Below are positions 62,256 through 64,000 of a stretch of DNA of 64,000 nt, one piece after another. The stretch's first letter is position 1; each line of letters opens with the position of its first letter. Origin of the DNA: Balanoglossus misakiensis (lineage: Eukaryota; Animalia; Hemichordata); assembly GCA_040954595.2 (NCBI GenBank), contig CM082578.2, positions 3,702,831 to 3,766,830 on the forward strand, written 5' to 3'. Both the position numbers and the translations under genes were made by a program. The notes under the pieces were generated by a model. That model was not told the origin of the DNA, made no database searches, and saw only the letters and a list, made by a program, of their open reading frames with translations.

Positions 62256-62341
62256 CCCATGGGATTGACATCAAGGTTCTCACTACTCAACACAGATGTA
62301 GCTACTTTGATGAGAATAATTGGCAGAATGATGGTTGTAAG
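62256..62341 (+). CDS. Exon: GPS motif, first half
   Basis: Acceptor ctctgcag, donor aag|gtatgc. HRCSYFDENNWQNDGCK. Phase 1-0. Confidence 0.9.
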
Positions 62342-62632
62342 GTATGCAACTTGATTAATATCTTCTAAATGTTGCAAACAAATTGAAATGCTCCATGTAC
62401 TTCCAAGTGATGAAACTAAAGACAAGTGGCAATCAGTGTGATTTTAGGGGATACTAATCATAAATATGCAGCAGAACTAAAACTGCAGAAGGTGATGCAC
62501 CTTCCGATTAATGTCTACAAGTTCTATTTAAAGTAACGCTGGGACGTGAACCAGGTGTTTGATCTTGTTTTAATTGCAAAGAAACACCCACTGATGTGTC
62601 AATACGTATTTTCTCTGCTTGATATCGTGCAG

Positions 62633-62716
62633 GTGTCACCAAGATCCAACTTCAATTCTACCCTGTGTCTGTGTAATCACTTGACTGTTTTCAGTGCAAT
62701 GGTCGGAGTTGTTTAA
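62633..62716 (+). CDS. Terminal exon: GPS motif second half and stop codon
   Basis: Acceptor gtgcag. VSPRSNFNSTLCLCNHL|TVFSAMVGVV then TAA at 62714-62716. Confidence 0.85.
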   Translation: MSPRSNFNSTLCLCNHLTVFSAMVGVV

Positions 62717-64000
62717 TCTGATGGACGATTCCACGTTTAGCACAGGGGCGTCCGTTTGGTCTACAGAAGTGACTAATCAGCTGATGCGACGAGTTCCAAA
62801 CAAATGATGTACCATTCAACATGATTTCGTTTTTTCTTCTCAGATTTATTTTAGACTTTATGAAGCAAAAGATGTTCATATAAGCGTTTTGGAAATCGAT
62901 TTTTCTTGATAATGCATTAAATGTAAAAATCATAGATTAGTTAGAGGTGCCCATAACTTTTCCGAAAGACAAGCATTCCGTTGAGAATTTGATATGTCTT
63001 TAATAAGAATGCATTTTGTAAATTGGTTGCATGCGTCTATGATTGAGTTTGTTCATAAAAGACATGTACGATGTAATTTATTAATTTCTTTGTAATCTGT
63101 CGGGATATGATATCTATCCATGTATACATGTATACATTGATCAATATTTCTGTTTTGTAAAAAACAGTACTGTCACTTGCCATTTTAATAATCCGTAATT
63201 GTACTAGTCATTAATTGGTGGACTTATAGTATTCTGAAACTTTAAAACAAATTGTGTGTGTTTGTCTTGGATTGCTCTGGATTATTCTGGTTGACATTAA
63301 AGCGTACGCTTACTGTTCACTATGTTTGTGTTGCGCTTTATTTTCCACGAATCAAATTATATTTAATTGATGAAGCCCTCTTCCGCCATTTCCATCCCTT
63401 TTGGGGGCACAAAACAACCGTGCAAGTTGTGCATAGTTTTTTTCCTGAATAACTGAAATCAAACGTAAGAAATATGCAAAATCAACTGAACTGAACTTTT
63501 CCTTTGAGAAGAAATAAACCACAGAAATCACAGTAATCATGACCATCACTAAAAACTACTTATACCATTGTTTGTAAATGTATCCCAATATTGACCACGA
63601 AAAGTGTTAACGAACAATAACAGGTAAAGAAAACGATTCATGTTCCCTCTGTATCTTGGTTAGAATTCTGAACCAAATCATCTCTTCAGTATGTGATGAG
63701 AAATTCCTGATGTGTGTAAGCTTTGATATAAAGTCTACTGAATCACGTGTTTCATTTACAAATACCATTCAGAACAGTGTACCTTATTCATTGGTGCATA
63801 AGGCCAAGGAATTACACTATCCAAGTGTTCTAGTGGATGAGGTCAAGGTGGGCAATGGAACCTTTTTCATACAATTTAGCATTTTCCAAAAGTGGCGGCC
63901 ATATTCCTTAGCGGCAAAGCTTCGTTATTTATCTGGTTAAAACGTTTCTGGGTAGATTTTGCAGATACTTTCTGACCATATGTGCTGTGTTGAATTCATA

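Larger units (their letters stand above)
39871..62716 (+). other. Gene span: polycystin-1-like (PKD1L/REJ-related) CTLD-CTLD-GAIN/GPS protein, 12 exons found, 5' end missing
   Basis: All 12 exons have AG acceptors, and the first 11 have GT donors, with compatible phases. They total 1801 nt (1 nt + 600 codons including the stop) with no internal stop. Confidence 0.8.

Noticed and set aside
63252-63940. Hydrophobic ORFs as downstream transmembrane exons
   Set aside because: They lack convincing splice sites and polycystin or GPCR motifs, and look like AT-rich UTR or intergenic sequence.

Overview
Eukaryotic genomic DNA with spliceosomal introns and many transposons, probably from a marine invertebrate deuterostome (inference). 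(1) About 2.2-38.7 kb looks like a 1.1-2.1 kb-unit macrosatellite. It is better explained as a nested 'Russian-doll' stack of at least 24 non-autonomous Helentron/HINE (DINE-1-like) elements, all on the minus strand. Each copy appears to have inserted into the microsatellite or T-run just behind the 5' hairpin of an earlier copy, so element bodies line up head-to-tail while the orphaned ~53-bp 5' hairpins pile up in separate stacks. (2) 39.9-62.7 kb holds 12 phase-compatible exons (+ strand, about 600 codons, 5' end not found) of a polycystin-1-like protein with two C-type lectin-like domains and a GAIN/GPS domain; it apparently stops 10 residues after the GPS cleavage site, with no membrane domain. 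(3) Two introns of this gene are filled with nested TEs. One carries a Mutator-like element containing a MITE and a young gag-protease-only Gypsy with an N-terminal HhH domain, followed by further HINEs. The other carries a decayed BEL/Pao element containing a 246-bp satellite, a solo LTR, an L2 fragment and a foldback element. All analysis was by eye; no alignment or database search was run, and counts and coordinates may be off by a few bases.
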